A stretch of DNA of 64,000 bases, taken from assembly GCA_041650915.1 (NCBI GenBank), contig JBAZKE010000002.1:144638-208637 (forward strand), written 5' to 3'. The position numbers and the translations under genes are program-made. Source of the DNA: Patescibacteria group bacterium (lineage in GTDB: Bacteria; Patescibacteriota; Patescibacteriia; UBA10025; JAHIVO01). A model generated the notes under the pieces. It searched no databases, was not told where the DNA came from, and saw nothing but the letters and a program-made list of their open reading frames with translations. Shown one piece after another: positions 27,800 to 37,229 of this stretch (positions are counted from its first letter, which is position 1; the number at the start of each line of letters is the position of its first letter).

Positions 27800-29179
27800 C
27801 TATTTTCTGGTGATCAGGTCTTTCTTTTCCTTGAGCTCTTTGATCCGGTTCCGAATCTGCGCGGCGCGTTCATACTCCTGCGTCCTTGCCGCCTCGTGCA
27901 TTTGTTTTTCCAAGTTGCCGACCATGCTATTGAATTCAGCTTCGGGTATGTAGGGTATGTCGGTCGTTATGCGCTGCGTCACGTCCTCGTCTGCAAGTTT
28001 TGCGAGCGTGTCAACCTTGCCCGACCGCTGCCAATCGAATGCGGTGAAAATGATGCGCCGGTAAAGCTCCTCGGCGCGTTTTTTTTCAGCCGGGCCTACC
28101 GCCGCGGCCTGTACGACGAGGTTGAGATCCCGCGCGCCCGCCTCAATCATTTCGATGCTCCACCACGGCATCGCCGAAGCCCACCAGTACTGGTCTGAAT
28201 GGAGCGCACGGTCGAGCAGGGAACGCGTCGTCGGGTAGCTTTTCGCGGTTTTTTTCATCGCATCGACGCTCTGTATCGCGAGATTCGTGAGTTCCCACTG
28301 CATCGCGTGGATTTCATTATCTTTATCCTGCCATCTGGAAAACGGAGTATTGCGTTCAATGTCCCGCTTCATGAGAGCCCATGAGGACGGCCGCGGATCC
28401 ACTGAAGATCGTTTGGTGAAGTGGTCTGGCAGCTCTGAGAGCGTGACGGAGGTGAGTTTTTTATTTTCATACAGGTCAAAAAGGAGCTGCTCGAGCCCGG
28501 GACGGTGGTGTCCAAACGTTTCGCCGTCCATTGCGGTTACGAGATATTCATTACCGCCAACGCGGGTTCCGAGGAGCTGGATGAGCATGTCACTCGTGAA
28601 TACGCTCATGCCGATTTCAGCGGAGAGGATCCTGAAGCTCGCTTCACGTTCACGGAAAAAAATGAAGAAATCATCGTGGCCTCTGAGCGTGTAGATTTGC
28701 GACCAGTCGATTTTTTTTAGATCGCCGGAATGTGCGAGCTCGTCGAGGATGAGCCATCGGAAACCCATGGAGGCGGCGATATCGCCGACTTTTCTGTCGT
28801 ACGCCATCTCGGGCGGGAAGAATCCAGCCGGAGCGTACGCCGCGCCGAAGAACTTTTTATTTGTTTCCGTGTTGAGCTCAATTTGCCGGATGATTTCTTT
28901 TTTCGGCATGAGGGGGAGAAAGGGGTGGTACTTTGCGCTGCCGGTGAGCTCTACCTGGCCGCGTTCGGCGAGGAGCTTGAGATCGGCAATCACATCGAGG
29001 CAGCCGTACTGGTTGAAGAGTTCGGTGAGGCCGGCATTGATATTGATCGTCGCCCGGGCGTCAGGGCGTTGCTTTAAGCCCGCGAGCACCTTCCGATAGC
29101 TCTCGTTTGCAATCTTTCTGACCCAGTACTCTTTCTGGGTCGGAGGCTGGTAGATGTGGAGGAAGTTTGCCCAGTACAT
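27800..29179 (-). CDS. Glycoside hydrolase family 57 protein (alpha-glucan-active), with C-terminal UVR-like motif
   Basis: GH57 signature regions are present: HIYQPP (HQP), FFPPEMAY (nucleophile Glu), AMDGETFGHH (acid/base Asp). C-terminus has EYERAAQIRNRIKELKE resembling a UvrB/C UVR motif. 459 aa. Confidence 0.7.
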   Translation of the reverse strand: MYWANFLHIYQPPTQKEYWVRKIANESYRKVLAGLKQRPDARATININAGLTELFNQYGCLDVIADLKLLAERGQVELTGSAKYHPFLPLMPKKEIIRQIELNTETNKKFFGAAYAPAGFFPPEMAYDRKVGDIAASMGFRWLILDELAHSGDLKKIDWSQIYTLRGHDDFFIFFREREASFRILSAEIGMSVFTSDMLIQLLGTRVGGNEYLVTAMDGETFGHHRPGLEQLLFDLYENKKLTSVTLSELPDHFTKRSSVDPRPSSWALMKRDIERNTPFSRWQDKDNEIHAMQWELTNLAIQSVDAMKKTAKSYPTTRSLLDRALHSDQYWWASAMPWWSIEMIEAGARDLNLVVQAAAVGPAEKKRAEELYRRIIFTAFDWQRSGKVDTLAKLADEDVTQRITTDIPYIPEAEFNSMVGNLEKQMHEAARTQEYERAAQIRNRIKELKEKKDLITRK

Positions 29180-29199
29180 TGGTGTTGGTGGTGTTAGTA

Positions 29200-30453
29200 T
29201 TAAGCTGAAATTTTTTTGCCGCCGAGGAACCGTACGGCAGCCCCCTCATTCGTAGCGAGGTAACTGTCCGCAGTCGACCTAAAGGTCATTTTTTGCTGCC
29301 ACGTTCGTGCGAGCGAAATGATCGTCGACGCGAGCTTTACGGCTTGTGGATCGCGCGGGCTGACCAGGTCTGCAGCTGAGAGCAGCTCACCCGTTTTTTT
29401 TGAAATGATCTCGAGGCTCCACCACGGCTTTGCGGACGCCCACCAGAATTGGTCAGATGCATACCGCCTGTCGAGCAGTTCTCGTGCCGTCGCGTAGTTC
29501 TCGTGCGCCTTATGCCGTTCGATGAGGGCAGTGACGCGCCTGAGCAGCTCCCACTGGTTTTTATGGATGTCATTATGCGGGTCATTCCACAGCACGTACG
29601 GGTTGCCGCGCCTCATTTCACGTTCCTGTGTTGACCAGCTTGCCTTTCGGGGGCTGATAACCTCATTCTTCGTGTAGGTATGGAGAAGTTCGCTCATTGT
29701 CACCGTACGGATATTGTGGGAGGTGACAAGCCGTTTCCAGTAGGAGTCCCAGCCCTTCCGGTGGTGTCCGAGATTTTCGCCGTCCATGGCCGTAATGAGG
29801 GCTGTTCCGCTTCTGCTGTCTTGCCTAATCGTTTCCCAGAAACTCTCGAGCCGTTTCGGATTGCCATGAAAGGAAAAGTAGTCGCTAATCACTCTGTTTC
29901 GGAATACGATATTGAGCTGAGTGTTTTTAATGCGGTAGCGAGCGTTGAATAAGGTTGTGCTGAGTGTTCCGTTTTTAGATATTTCATCGGCGATAAGCCA
30001 CCGGTAGCCGAGTTTTTCGATCACCGGCGCAATTTTTCCTCCGTACGCCATTTCGGGCGGAAAAAATCCACGCGGGCGGTATACGGGGCCGAAGTGCAGG
30101 CGGTTGACCCGGGCGTTGAGTTTGACTTGCCGTCTGATTTCATGGGCTGGGATGAGCGGCAGGATCGGGTGGTACTGCGCAGAGCCGGTGAGTTCGATCT
30201 GCTTCCTCTTGGCGAGCCGTGCAATCCGGCCGATGATATCCGCCTGCCCGCACTCGGCGAGCTGCTCGGTCAGGGAGCCGGTGACATTGAGGGTGATTTT
30301 TATGCGGGGGTTTTTCGTGAGGATCGCGCAGAGCGGGCGGTAGCTTTCACGAGCTACCTTGCGGACGATTGCAGGCGACCAGTTTGGAGGCTGGTATACG
30401 TGGAAGAAGTTTGCCCAGCGAAGCGGTTGGCGCTTAGTGCTTTGATTGTGCAT
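29200..30453 (-). CDS. Glycoside hydrolase family 57 protein, paralogue 2
   Basis: Clear paralogue of the preceding gene: FFHVYQPP, FFPPEMAY, AMDGENLGHH. No UVR tail. 417 aa. Confidence 0.7.
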   Translation of the reverse strand: MHNQSTKRQPLRWANFFHVYQPPNWSPAIVRKVARESYRPLCAILTKNPRIKITLNVTGSLTEQLAECGQADIIGRIARLAKRKQIELTGSAQYHPILPLIPAHEIRRQVKLNARVNRLHFGPVYRPRGFFPPEMAYGGKIAPVIEKLGYRWLIADEISKNGTLSTTLFNARYRIKNTQLNIVFRNRVISDYFSFHGNPKRLESFWETIRQDSRSGTALITAMDGENLGHHRKGWDSYWKRLVTSHNIRTVTMSELLHTYTKNEVISPRKASWSTQEREMRRGNPYVLWNDPHNDIHKNQWELLRRVTALIERHKAHENYATARELLDRRYASDQFWWASAKPWWSLEIISKKTGELLSAADLVSPRDPQAVKLASTIISLARTWQQKMTFRSTADSYLATNEGAAVRFLGGKKISA

Positions 30454-31909
30454 CGTGCTTATTTTTAATGGCGCGACCGTAGAGCTGCACGTATTTTTTA
30501 GCGGGGAGCTCCCACGAGTACGACTGCTGCATCCCTCTCCACGTCAGGTATTCCCATGCCTGCGTGTATTTATAGTTTTCGAGTGCACGGGTCAGCGCGA
30601 TGAGGAACGCATCGCGCGCGTACTGCCGGAAAACGAATCCGTTTCCCTTCCTCGTTTTCGGATTGTAGTTCATGATCGTGTCAGAGAGCCCTCCCGTTTC
30701 GTGGACGATGGGTATTGAACCGTACCGGAGGCTCTTGAGCTGGGAGATGCCGCAGGGCTCAAACCGGGATGGCATGAGAAACATATCTGAGCCGGCATAC
30801 ACTTTGGATTCCATCTCTTCCGTGAAGGGGGTATAGATGGCGAGTTTCTTGGGGTACCGGCGCGCTACCTTTTTGAAGAAAATGACATACTCCCTGAAAC
30901 CGCTGCCAACGATGGCGATTTGCAGGTTCATGCGCATGAGCGTATCGATTGTTTCCATGATGAGCTTGAAGCCCTTTTGTTCGGTAAGGCGGTTAACCAC
31001 GCCGATCACTGGGATATCCGGGTTTTTTTCGAGGTTCAACTTTTTTTGGAGCACGAGCTTATTTTTCTTTTTGCGGCTGAGCGTATTCCAGTCGTATTTG
31101 AATTCAATGTTACCGTCGAATGCCGGATTATGGACGGTGTAGTCGATCCCATTGATGATTCCGTGCAGGTAATCTTTACGGTCGCTGAGGTACTTTTCGA
31201 GGCCTTGGCCGAATTCAGGCGTCGTGATTTCTTCCGCATACCGTTCGCTGACCGTATTGATGGCGTCTGCGTGGAGAATGCCGCGCTTGGAAAAATTGAG
31301 ATATTTCAATTTGCCGATACGCTGCAGCGGATTGCCTTTCCCGTCATCGGCGTAGTATTTTTTCAGTTTCCACCAGTCTCCGCCCGACTGAAAGGTGAGG
31401 TTGTGTATCGTAAAAACTGATGCCGTATTCCGCAGCGAGGGGTACTTGGAACCCTCAAACCGCATCATATTTGGAATGAGTCCGGCTTGCCAGTCGTGGC
31501 AGTGGATGACGTCGGGCTTCAGCCTCTTAAGCTCAATCAGTTTGAGCGCTGCAATGCTGAACGTGCAAAATCGGAGGTTATCGTCCGGGTGCCCGTATAT
31601 TTTTGACCGCCCCGTGAAGAGCTTTTCGTTGGCTACGAAGTAGATCCGGAGGTTCTTGCTGAAGTCGAACGCGTAGTAGGAAATTGGAAATTTATTCCTG
31701 CCGACGACGACCGTCGATTTAACGTTCAGTTTTTCGAGTGGGAGGCCCTGCTGCTTTATGAAGCTATAGTACGGAGTAATAATCGAAACCATGTGCCCGA
31801 TGTTCGCGAGCGCTTTCGGCAGTGCCTTGGCGACGTCGCCGAGGCCGCCCGTTTTAGAGTAGGGAGCGACTTCTGAGGCGATACTCGCAATGTGGAGGCT
31901 GGAAGTCAT
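30434..31909 (-). CDS. glgA: Glycogen/starch synthase (GT5 family), copy 2
   Basis: IASEVAPYSKTGGLGDVAKALPKAL KTGGL motif. 491 aa. 20-nt overlap with the GH57 paralogue. Confidence 0.85.
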   Translation of the reverse strand: MTSSLHIASIASEVAPYSKTGGLGDVAKALPKALANIGHMVSIITPYYSFIKQQGLPLEKLNVKSTVVVGRNKFPISYYAFDFSKNLRIYFVANEKLFTGRSKIYGHPDDNLRFCTFSIAALKLIELKRLKPDVIHCHDWQAGLIPNMMRFEGSKYPSLRNTASVFTIHNLTFQSGGDWWKLKKYYADDGKGNPLQRIGKLKYLNFSKRGILHADAINTVSERYAEEITTPEFGQGLEKYLSDRKDYLHGIINGIDYTVHNPAFDGNIEFKYDWNTLSRKKKNKLVLQKKLNLEKNPDIPVIGVVNRLTEQKGFKLIMETIDTLMRMNLQIAIVGSGFREYVIFFKKVARRYPKKLAIYTPFTEEMESKVYAGSDMFLMPSRFEPCGISQLKSLRYGSIPIVHETGGLSDTIMNYNPKTRKGNGFVFRQYARDAFLIALTRALENYKYTQAWEYLTWRGMQQSYSWELPAKKYVQLYGRAIKNKHDAQSKH

Positions 31910-31918
31910 GTATGCTTG

Positions 31919-32383
31919 TTAGAAGATTTTTGTCTGCGCGCAGCAGATCGCCACCGCCAGTGCGTCAGCCGCGTCGTCGGGCTTCGGTATGCTCTCGAGG
32001 TTGAGCTGGCGCTGAACCATTTTTTGTATCTGGGTTTTCGTAGCGAGGCCGTAGCCGGTGAGTGCCTGTTTGATCTGCATGGGGGTGAATTCACGCATCG
32101 GCACGCGGTGCTGCCATACGGTGAGCACGGCGACGCCTCGCGCCTCACCGACGGAGAGGGCGGTCTTTACGTTTTTTGAAAAGAAGAGCTTCTCAATGCC
32201 AACGGTCGCTGGATGGTATTTCCGGAGGAGCTTCGAGAGCTCACGGCTGATGGTATCGATGCGGCTCCCGAACGCTTCGCGGGGACCCGAGGTAATGACC
32301 CCGTACGCTACGGCTTTGAGGCGCGATGGCGTGTGTTCGATGATGCCATAGCCCGTAATCGCGAGCCCAGGGTCGATGCCCAT
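31919..32383 (-). CDS. ruvC: Crossover junction endodeoxyribonuclease RuvC
   Basis: MGIDPGLAITGYGIIEH N-terminus and RuvC acidic residues. Start set at the internal Met; the ORF-track N-extension is rejected. Lies downstream of yebC, a common arrangement. Confidence 0.85.
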   Translation of the reverse strand: MGIDPGLAITGYGIIEHTPSRLKAVAYGVITSGPREAFGSRIDTISRELSKLLRKYHPATVGIEKLFFSKNVKTALSVGEARGVAVLTVWQHRVPMREFTPMQIKQALTGYGLATKTQIQKMVQRQLNLESIPKPDDAADALAVAICCAQTKIF

Positions 32384-32396
32384 GGTCAGGCGTTTT

Positions 32397-33122
32397 TTAG
32401 AGGCTCGCATTGGTGGAGCAGTTACCCACGTCATCATTTTCCTCAAGCTCTTCGAGCAGTCCAGATATCCGGTCGCGGACTTTTTGCTCTTCGATTGCCA
32501 CCATATTCTGTGGAATCAGCTCGGCTTCAGCTGACTCGGCGGCGAAGCCGCCCTGCTCGAGCTTCTGCTTGATCGCGGGCAGCTCTTCCACCTTGGTTGT
32601 GATGGTAAAACCGTCTTCGTCCTCGGAAAAATCTTCTGCACCAGCATCAATAACCGCGAGCTCGAATGTTTCACGGTCCGGTACGGCCTTTTTCGCGACG
32701 CGTATAATGCCCCGTTGATTGAACATCCACAGGACACTACCGGTACTCCCGAGCTTGCCGCCGTACTTTGCGAGCGTACTGCGAATGGTATTCGCCGTCC
32801 GGTTCTTGTTATCCGTTGCCGCCTCAATGACGATTGCAACGCCGTTGGGGCCGTATGCCTCGTACGTCACTTCTTCGATGCTTTCGCCTTCGAGCTCGCC
32901 CGTGCCACGCTTGATGGCGCGGTCGATATTGTCATTCGGCATGTTTGATGAGCGAGCTTTGTCAATCGTCATCCGCAACCGGAAGTTCATTTCGGGATTG
33001 CCGCCCCCATGCTTCGCTGCGAGCGTGATCGCATTCGCCAGTTTGGTAAAGAGGTTGCCCCTTCGCTGGTCCGAGACTCCTTTTTGTCGTTTTATCTGTG
33101 ACCACTTTGAGTGCCCTGACAT
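32397..33122 (-). CDS. yebC: YebC/PmpR family DNA-binding transcriptional regulator
   Basis: MSGHSKWSQIKRQKGVSDQRRGNLFTKL... N-terminus is diagnostic. 241 aa. Confidence 0.9.
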   Translation of the reverse strand: MSGHSKWSQIKRQKGVSDQRRGNLFTKLANAITLAAKHGGGNPEMNFRLRMTIDKARSSNMPNDNIDRAIKRGTGELEGESIEEVTYEAYGPNGVAIVIEAATDNKNRTANTIRSTLAKYGGKLGSTGSVLWMFNQRGIIRVAKKAVPDRETFELAVIDAGAEDFSEDEDGFTITTKVEELPAIKQKLEQGGFAAESAEAELIPQNMVAIEEQKVRDRISGLLEELEENDDVGNCSTNASL

Positions 33123-33162
33123 TGTAGCGTTTTTTTAATAAAAAAAATAAAGGTACCGCTAC

Positions 33163-33191
33163 ATTATAGCATATTTTGGCAAAAAATTCAA
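33163..33191 (-). promoter_or_regulatory. Sigma70-like promoter for yebC-ruvC-glucan operon (TTGAAT-17-TGcTATAAT)
   Basis: On the minus strand, a -35 TTGAAT, a 17-nt spacer and an extended -10 TGCTATAAT lie about 40 nt upstream of yebC. Confidence 0.5.
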
Positions 33192-33192
33192 T

Positions 33193-33221
33193 TTGAACAG
33201 ATGGCGTTTTTTAACTATACT
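33193..33221 (+). promoter_or_regulatory. Sigma70-like promoter for SIS isomerase gene (TTGAAC-17-TATACT)
   Basis: -35 TTGAAC, a 17-nt spacer and a -10 TATACT, about 27 nt upstream of the ATG at 33248. Divergent from the yebC promoter. Confidence 0.5.
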
Positions 33222-33247
33222 GTAGGTACGCTACTGACAAAATATAT

Positions 33248-34330
33248 ATGAAAAAAAAGAGTATGGCGCTCGACAGCCCCAAGAGGGTCGAGCAGCTCGA
33301 TACGCAGGGCATGGTACAGTCCATTGAGTCGCTCGCGCTGCAGTGCGAGCAAGCGTGGAATGATGTGAAGCGGATCCGCGTACCGCGGCAGTACCGCACG
33401 GTGGAAAATATTGTCATCAATGGCATGGGGGGTTCGGCGCTCGGAGGGCATATCATTGCGGCACTTTTTGAGCGCGAGCTCAAGAAGCCGCTCCACGTGG
33501 TCAATAGCTATACGGTTCCGGGCTTTGTGAGCAGGAGTACGCTGTATGTCATTTCGAGCTACTCAGGCACAACCGAGGAGCCGGTTTCGACATTCCGCGA
33601 AGCTCGGAAGCGGGGAGCGAAAGTCATGTTTATCGGCGCAGGGGGGACGATCGCGGCGTACGCGAAACGGTATCGGATCCCTGCTTACATTTTTGAACCC
33701 CAGTTTAACCCGTCGGGCCAACCGCGGATGGGGCTCGGGTATTCAATCGTCGGCCAGGTTGCGCTCTTCAGGCGGCTAGGGCTGCTCTCGGTGAGCGATG
33801 CGGCAATGCGAAGTGTTGTAGAGCGTATTATTAAGCTGCACCACGAGTACGGAGTGAGGGTTCCGGCAAGCCGTAATGCCGCAAAGGAAGCGGCCCTCGC
33901 ACTCCACGGGGCGATACCGGTATATGTCGGCGCGCAGCACCTCGCCGGCAACGCGCACGTCTGCGCGAACCAGACGAACGAGAATGGCAAGACATTTGCG
34001 GCATACTTTACCGTATCAGAGCTCAATCACCACCTCATGGAGGGGCTGCGGTATCCGGCATCAAATCCACGCAACCTTCATTTCGTGTTTTTTGAATCGG
34101 GCAGGTACCTGCCGAAGATACAGAAACGCTTTACCATCACACAGAAGGTGCTCCGAAAGAGCGGGATTCCGTTCGAGGCGGTGAGGGTGCGTTCGACAAG
34201 CGCGCTCGAGCAGGTTTTTGAGGTACTGGTATTTGGCAGCTACCTCAGCTTTTACCTCGCACTCCTACGCGGCATTGACCCTTCTCCGATTCCATTCGTC
34301 GATTACTTTAAGAAGCAGCTGCAGCAGTAG
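33248..34330 (+). CDS. Bifunctional phosphoglucose/phosphomannose isomerase family (SIS domain, archaeal-type PGI/PMI)
   Basis: Two SIS-like segments (INGMGGSALGGH ... VISSYSGTTEE). Overall length and pattern match the PGI/PMI family. Confidence 0.65.
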   Translation: MKKKSMALDSPKRVEQLDTQGMVQSIESLALQCEQAWNDVKRIRVPRQYRTVENIVINGMGGSALGGHIIAALFERELKKPLHVVNSYTVPGFVSRSTLYVISSYSGTTEEPVSTFREARKRGAKVMFIGAGGTIAAYAKRYRIPAYIFEPQFNPSGQPRMGLGYSIVGQVALFRRLGLLSVSDAAMRSVVERIIKLHHEYGVRVPASRNAAKEAALALHGAIPVYVGAQHLAGNAHVCANQTNENGKTFAAYFTVSELNHHLMEGLRYPASNPRNLHFVFFESGRYLPKIQKRFTITQKVLRKSGIPFEAVRVRSTSALEQVFEVLVFGSYLSFYLALLRGIDPSPIPFVDYFKKQLQQ

Positions 34331-34416
34331 CATTCCGTACACAGCAAAAAAGTTCCCGCATCCATGCTTGGCGGGGACTTTTTTAGTACGGAGGTGAGAA
34401 GTGGTATACTGATGGT

Positions 34417-35997
34417 ATGCAATTGTGCCGCCGCATCGTACAGTTTTTTATGCAACACTGGTGGTTTGTATCGTACCTCCTGCTGTTTGCTGTTGCGATT
34501 TCGTTCCTCGCTTATTTCCAGACAACACCGGCGTTTCCGGACCCGGATTCGTTTTACCACGCGAAGATGGCACTGCTCATCGCCGATGAAGGTTTGCCGA
34601 CGAGTTTCCCCTGGCTGCAGGCAACCGTGCTCCGCGACAGCTTTATAGACCAGCACCTCCTGTACCACGTTTTTTTAATTCCATTCGTCAAGCTCATGGA
34701 TCCACTGCAGGGGGCAAAGTTTGCAAATGTGCTCATCGGGACTGCGCTCATCGTTTTTTTCTACCACCTTCTCAGGTCGCAGAAGGTGAAGTTCGCTTTT
34801 TGGTTTAGTGCTGCCCTGCTCGCCACGATGCCGTTTACCTTCCGGATCAGCCTCGTGAAAGCTCCCGGCTTTTCAATCCTGCTTTTGCTCGTGGGGCTGT
34901 ACTGCATACTCAAACACCGCCACCGGGCGCTATTTTTGCTCAGCATGCTGTACGTGTGGGCATACGGCGGATTCCTGCTCATCACCGTTCTCGCCGGTTC
35001 GTACGCATTCATTTCCGTGCTGTGGAACTGGGCTGAGCGCAGGCCGCAGAACTCGCTCTGGAGGATTGCGAGCCACAGCCATGAAGTTAAACTTTTCCTG
35101 TCCGCAGCGGGGGGCGTCATCGCAGGCCTCGTCATCAATCCGTATTTTCCCCAGAACCTTACCTTCTACTGGCACCAGCTCGTTAAAATCGGCATCGTTA
35201 ATTACCAAAATGTGATCTCGGTTGGCAATGAGTGGTACCCGTATAAGTTCGTAGATCTCATGGCGAGCACGACGATCGTCTCGATAATTCTGCTGCTCGG
35301 GCTCTACCTGTTTTTTTTACGGTACCGCAAGCCAACGAAAAAGCTCATCACGAGTTTTGTGCTCTTCCTCTTCTTTATGTTCATTACGCTTAAATCGCGC
35401 CGCTACGTAGAGTACTACGTTCCGTTCGCGATCATCTTCGATGCGTTCCTCGTTAGCCACCTCATTAGGTCGGTCGACTGGAGAGAGCTCTGGCGGTCTA
35501 TCGCCGGCTTTTACCAGAAACGCCGGGTTATTTCGACGCTGCTTATCGTATACGTGCTCGTCATGCTCCCGACCGTCATTATCCGGGATGTCAAGAAGAC
35601 GTATGCGGATTTTAAAAACGGCATTTCGGTGCACCGGTTTGAGGATGTCTCCGTGTGGCTCATGCGCTACAGCAGTCCCGGAGACGTGGTATTCCATTCG
35701 AGCTGGGATGAGTTTCCGATACTGTTCTACCACAATGCCCAGAACTACTATACCGCAGGGCTCGATCCGACGTTTACTTACGAGTACAGTGAAGAATTGT
35801 ACCGAAAAATGGTCGATATAACGGTCGGTACCCAGAAGTCGAACTTGCATGAAGATATTGCCGGCAAGTTTGGAGCGTCGTTCGTGTTCGTAGAAGCAAA
35901 TCACGGGCAGATGGACGGCAATATCCAACGCAGCCCGGGATTCCGGCGCGTGTACCATGATGACGAGGCAACAATTTATGAGGTTCTTAGCTTATGA
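34417..35997 (+). CDS. GT-C-like polytopic membrane protein (putative membrane glycosyltransferase)
   Basis: 526 aa with 12 or more predicted TM helices. First extracytoplasmic loop has an FPDPDSFYH acidic motif reminiscent of GT-C DxD loops. Start uncertain (poor SD). Confidence 0.45.
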   Translation: MQLCRRIVQFFMQHWWFVSYLLLFAVAISFLAYFQTTPAFPDPDSFYHAKMALLIADEGLPTSFPWLQATVLRDSFIDQHLLYHVFLIPFVKLMDPLQGAKFANVLIGTALIVFFYHLLRSQKVKFAFWFSAALLATMPFTFRISLVKAPGFSILLLLVGLYCILKHRHRALFLLSMLYVWAYGGFLLITVLAGSYAFISVLWNWAERRPQNSLWRIASHSHEVKLFLSAAGGVIAGLVINPYFPQNLTFYWHQLVKIGIVNYQNVISVGNEWYPYKFVDLMASTTIVSIILLLGLYLFFLRYRKPTKKLITSFVLFLFFMFITLKSRRYVEYYVPFAIIFDAFLVSHLIRSVDWRELWRSIAGFYQKRRVISTLLIVYVLVMLPTVIIRDVKKTYADFKNGISVHRFEDVSVWLMRYSSPGDVVFHSSWDEFPILFYHNAQNYYTAGLDPTFTYEYSEELYRKMVDITVGTQKSNLHEDIAGKFGASFVFVEANHGQMDGNIQRSPGFRRVYHDDEATIYEVLSL

Positions 35998-37229
35998 TAC
36001 AGCGCATTCCATTCAGCAAGCAGATGGTCCCGCTTTTCATTGCGGTAATCGCCGTCGCCGTCGCTGCAGCCATCGCGATCGCCGCCCCCGACAAGCTGCT
36101 GATTCCAGCGGATAATGCCGATGCGGGAGTACGCATGCTGCGGGATGATTTTGAGCTGAGCGTTTTTTACAACCGCGGCAGCTGGCTCCTGAACGGTTCA
36201 ACTCCGTACGACCCCGAATTGTTTCAGGAGTATCCCCAGCTCGGGCTCATGTATGTTTCGCTGCCGCACGTTTTTAGCAGTTCGTACGCGGGCTACCGTA
36301 CCGCGCTGATCGTCATGAACCTGCTGGCGTATGGTGTGCTGATCGTCGTCACCTACCTCATACTCAAAAAACTCGGCAGGAGCAGCTGGCTTCTCCTCCT
36401 TTTTGCGCTGCCTTCAATGCTGTATTTTGCGATGAACAGGTTTGATATTTTCGTTGTACTGCTCGCGCAGGTCAGCCTGTACTTGCTTCTGTCAAAGCGG
36501 TATACGGCGTCCTGCGTCCTGCTTGCGGCCGCTGTGCTGACGAAGTGGTACCCGATTATCTTTGCGCCCGCGTATGCGCTCTACATGTACGCCCAGCTTG
36601 GCCCGGTTCAGTATCGGGCAGCATTGAAGCGGGGCATGATCGCGTTTTGTGCGATCGTTGTGGGTGTTATGGGATTAAGCTTTATGGTAGACGGAGTCCA
36701 TTCACTCGTGCCGTACCTTTTTCACTCTTCCCGGCCTGCTGGCGTTGGCAGTTTCTACTTCCATGTTGTGCAGCAATTTTTGCTCGGGCTCGGCCTTGAG
36801 CAGGTGAACTATTTCGGCATCGCAGTTTTTTTCTTCCTGCAGTTTATGATTCCGCTGCTCCTCCTCGTACGATTCAAGAAGCTTTCCGCTGCCCCCAGAG
36901 GTGATCGTTCATTGGTTTTATGGCTGACATTAGCAGTTTTTACGTTTATTCTTTTCTCTCGGTTTTATTCGCCGCAGTGGGTTCTGTGGTTCTTGCCGCT
37001 GCTCGTGCTCGTTGCGAGGACAAAGCTCGAGGTGTTCCTTATCATTATTTTTGATATCATTAATTACCTCGCATTCCCGGTGATCTGGCAATCGCTTGGG
37101 CACCAGTCAAGCTTGTTTACCGCATCGTCGCTCTCGCTGGTCGCGATCCTCGTCATTCTCACCGCCCTCGCGGCGAGGCAGGCCATCTCAGCGGGCCGCT
37201 TGCCGCCGCCAGTGCGGAGTAAGCTATAG
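35994..37229 (+). CDS. DUF2029/GT87-like polytopic membrane protein
   Basis: 411 aa with 9 or more TM helices. Pattern (AMNRFDIF ... LTKWYPIIFAP) resembles DUF2029 (glycosyltransferase 87-like) proteins. 4-nt overlap with the upstream gene. Confidence 0.4.
   Translation: MIQRIPFSKQMVPLFIAVIAVAVAAAIAIAAPDKLLIPADNADAGVRMLRDDFELSVFYNRGSWLLNGSTPYDPELFQEYPQLGLMYVSLPHVFSSSYAGYRTALIVMNLLAYGVLIVVTYLILKKLGRSSWLLLLFALPSMLYFAMNRFDIFVVLLAQVSLYLLLSKRYTASCVLLAAAVLTKWYPIIFAPAYALYMYAQLGPVQYRAALKRGMIAFCAIVVGVMGLSFMVDGVHSLVPYLFHSSRPAGVGSFYFHVVQQFLLGLGLEQVNYFGIAVFFFLQFMIPLLLLVRFKKLSAAPRGDRSLVLWLTLAVFTFILFSRFYSPQWVLWFLPLLVLVARTKLEVFLIIIFDIINYLAFPVIWQSLGHQSSLFTASSLSLVAILVILTALAARQAISAGRLPPPVRSKL

Noticed and set aside
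32384-32446. ruvC N-terminal extension (MRKMMTWVTAPP...)
   Set aside because: RuvC homology begins at MGIDPGLAITGYG. The extension would overlap the yebC stop.
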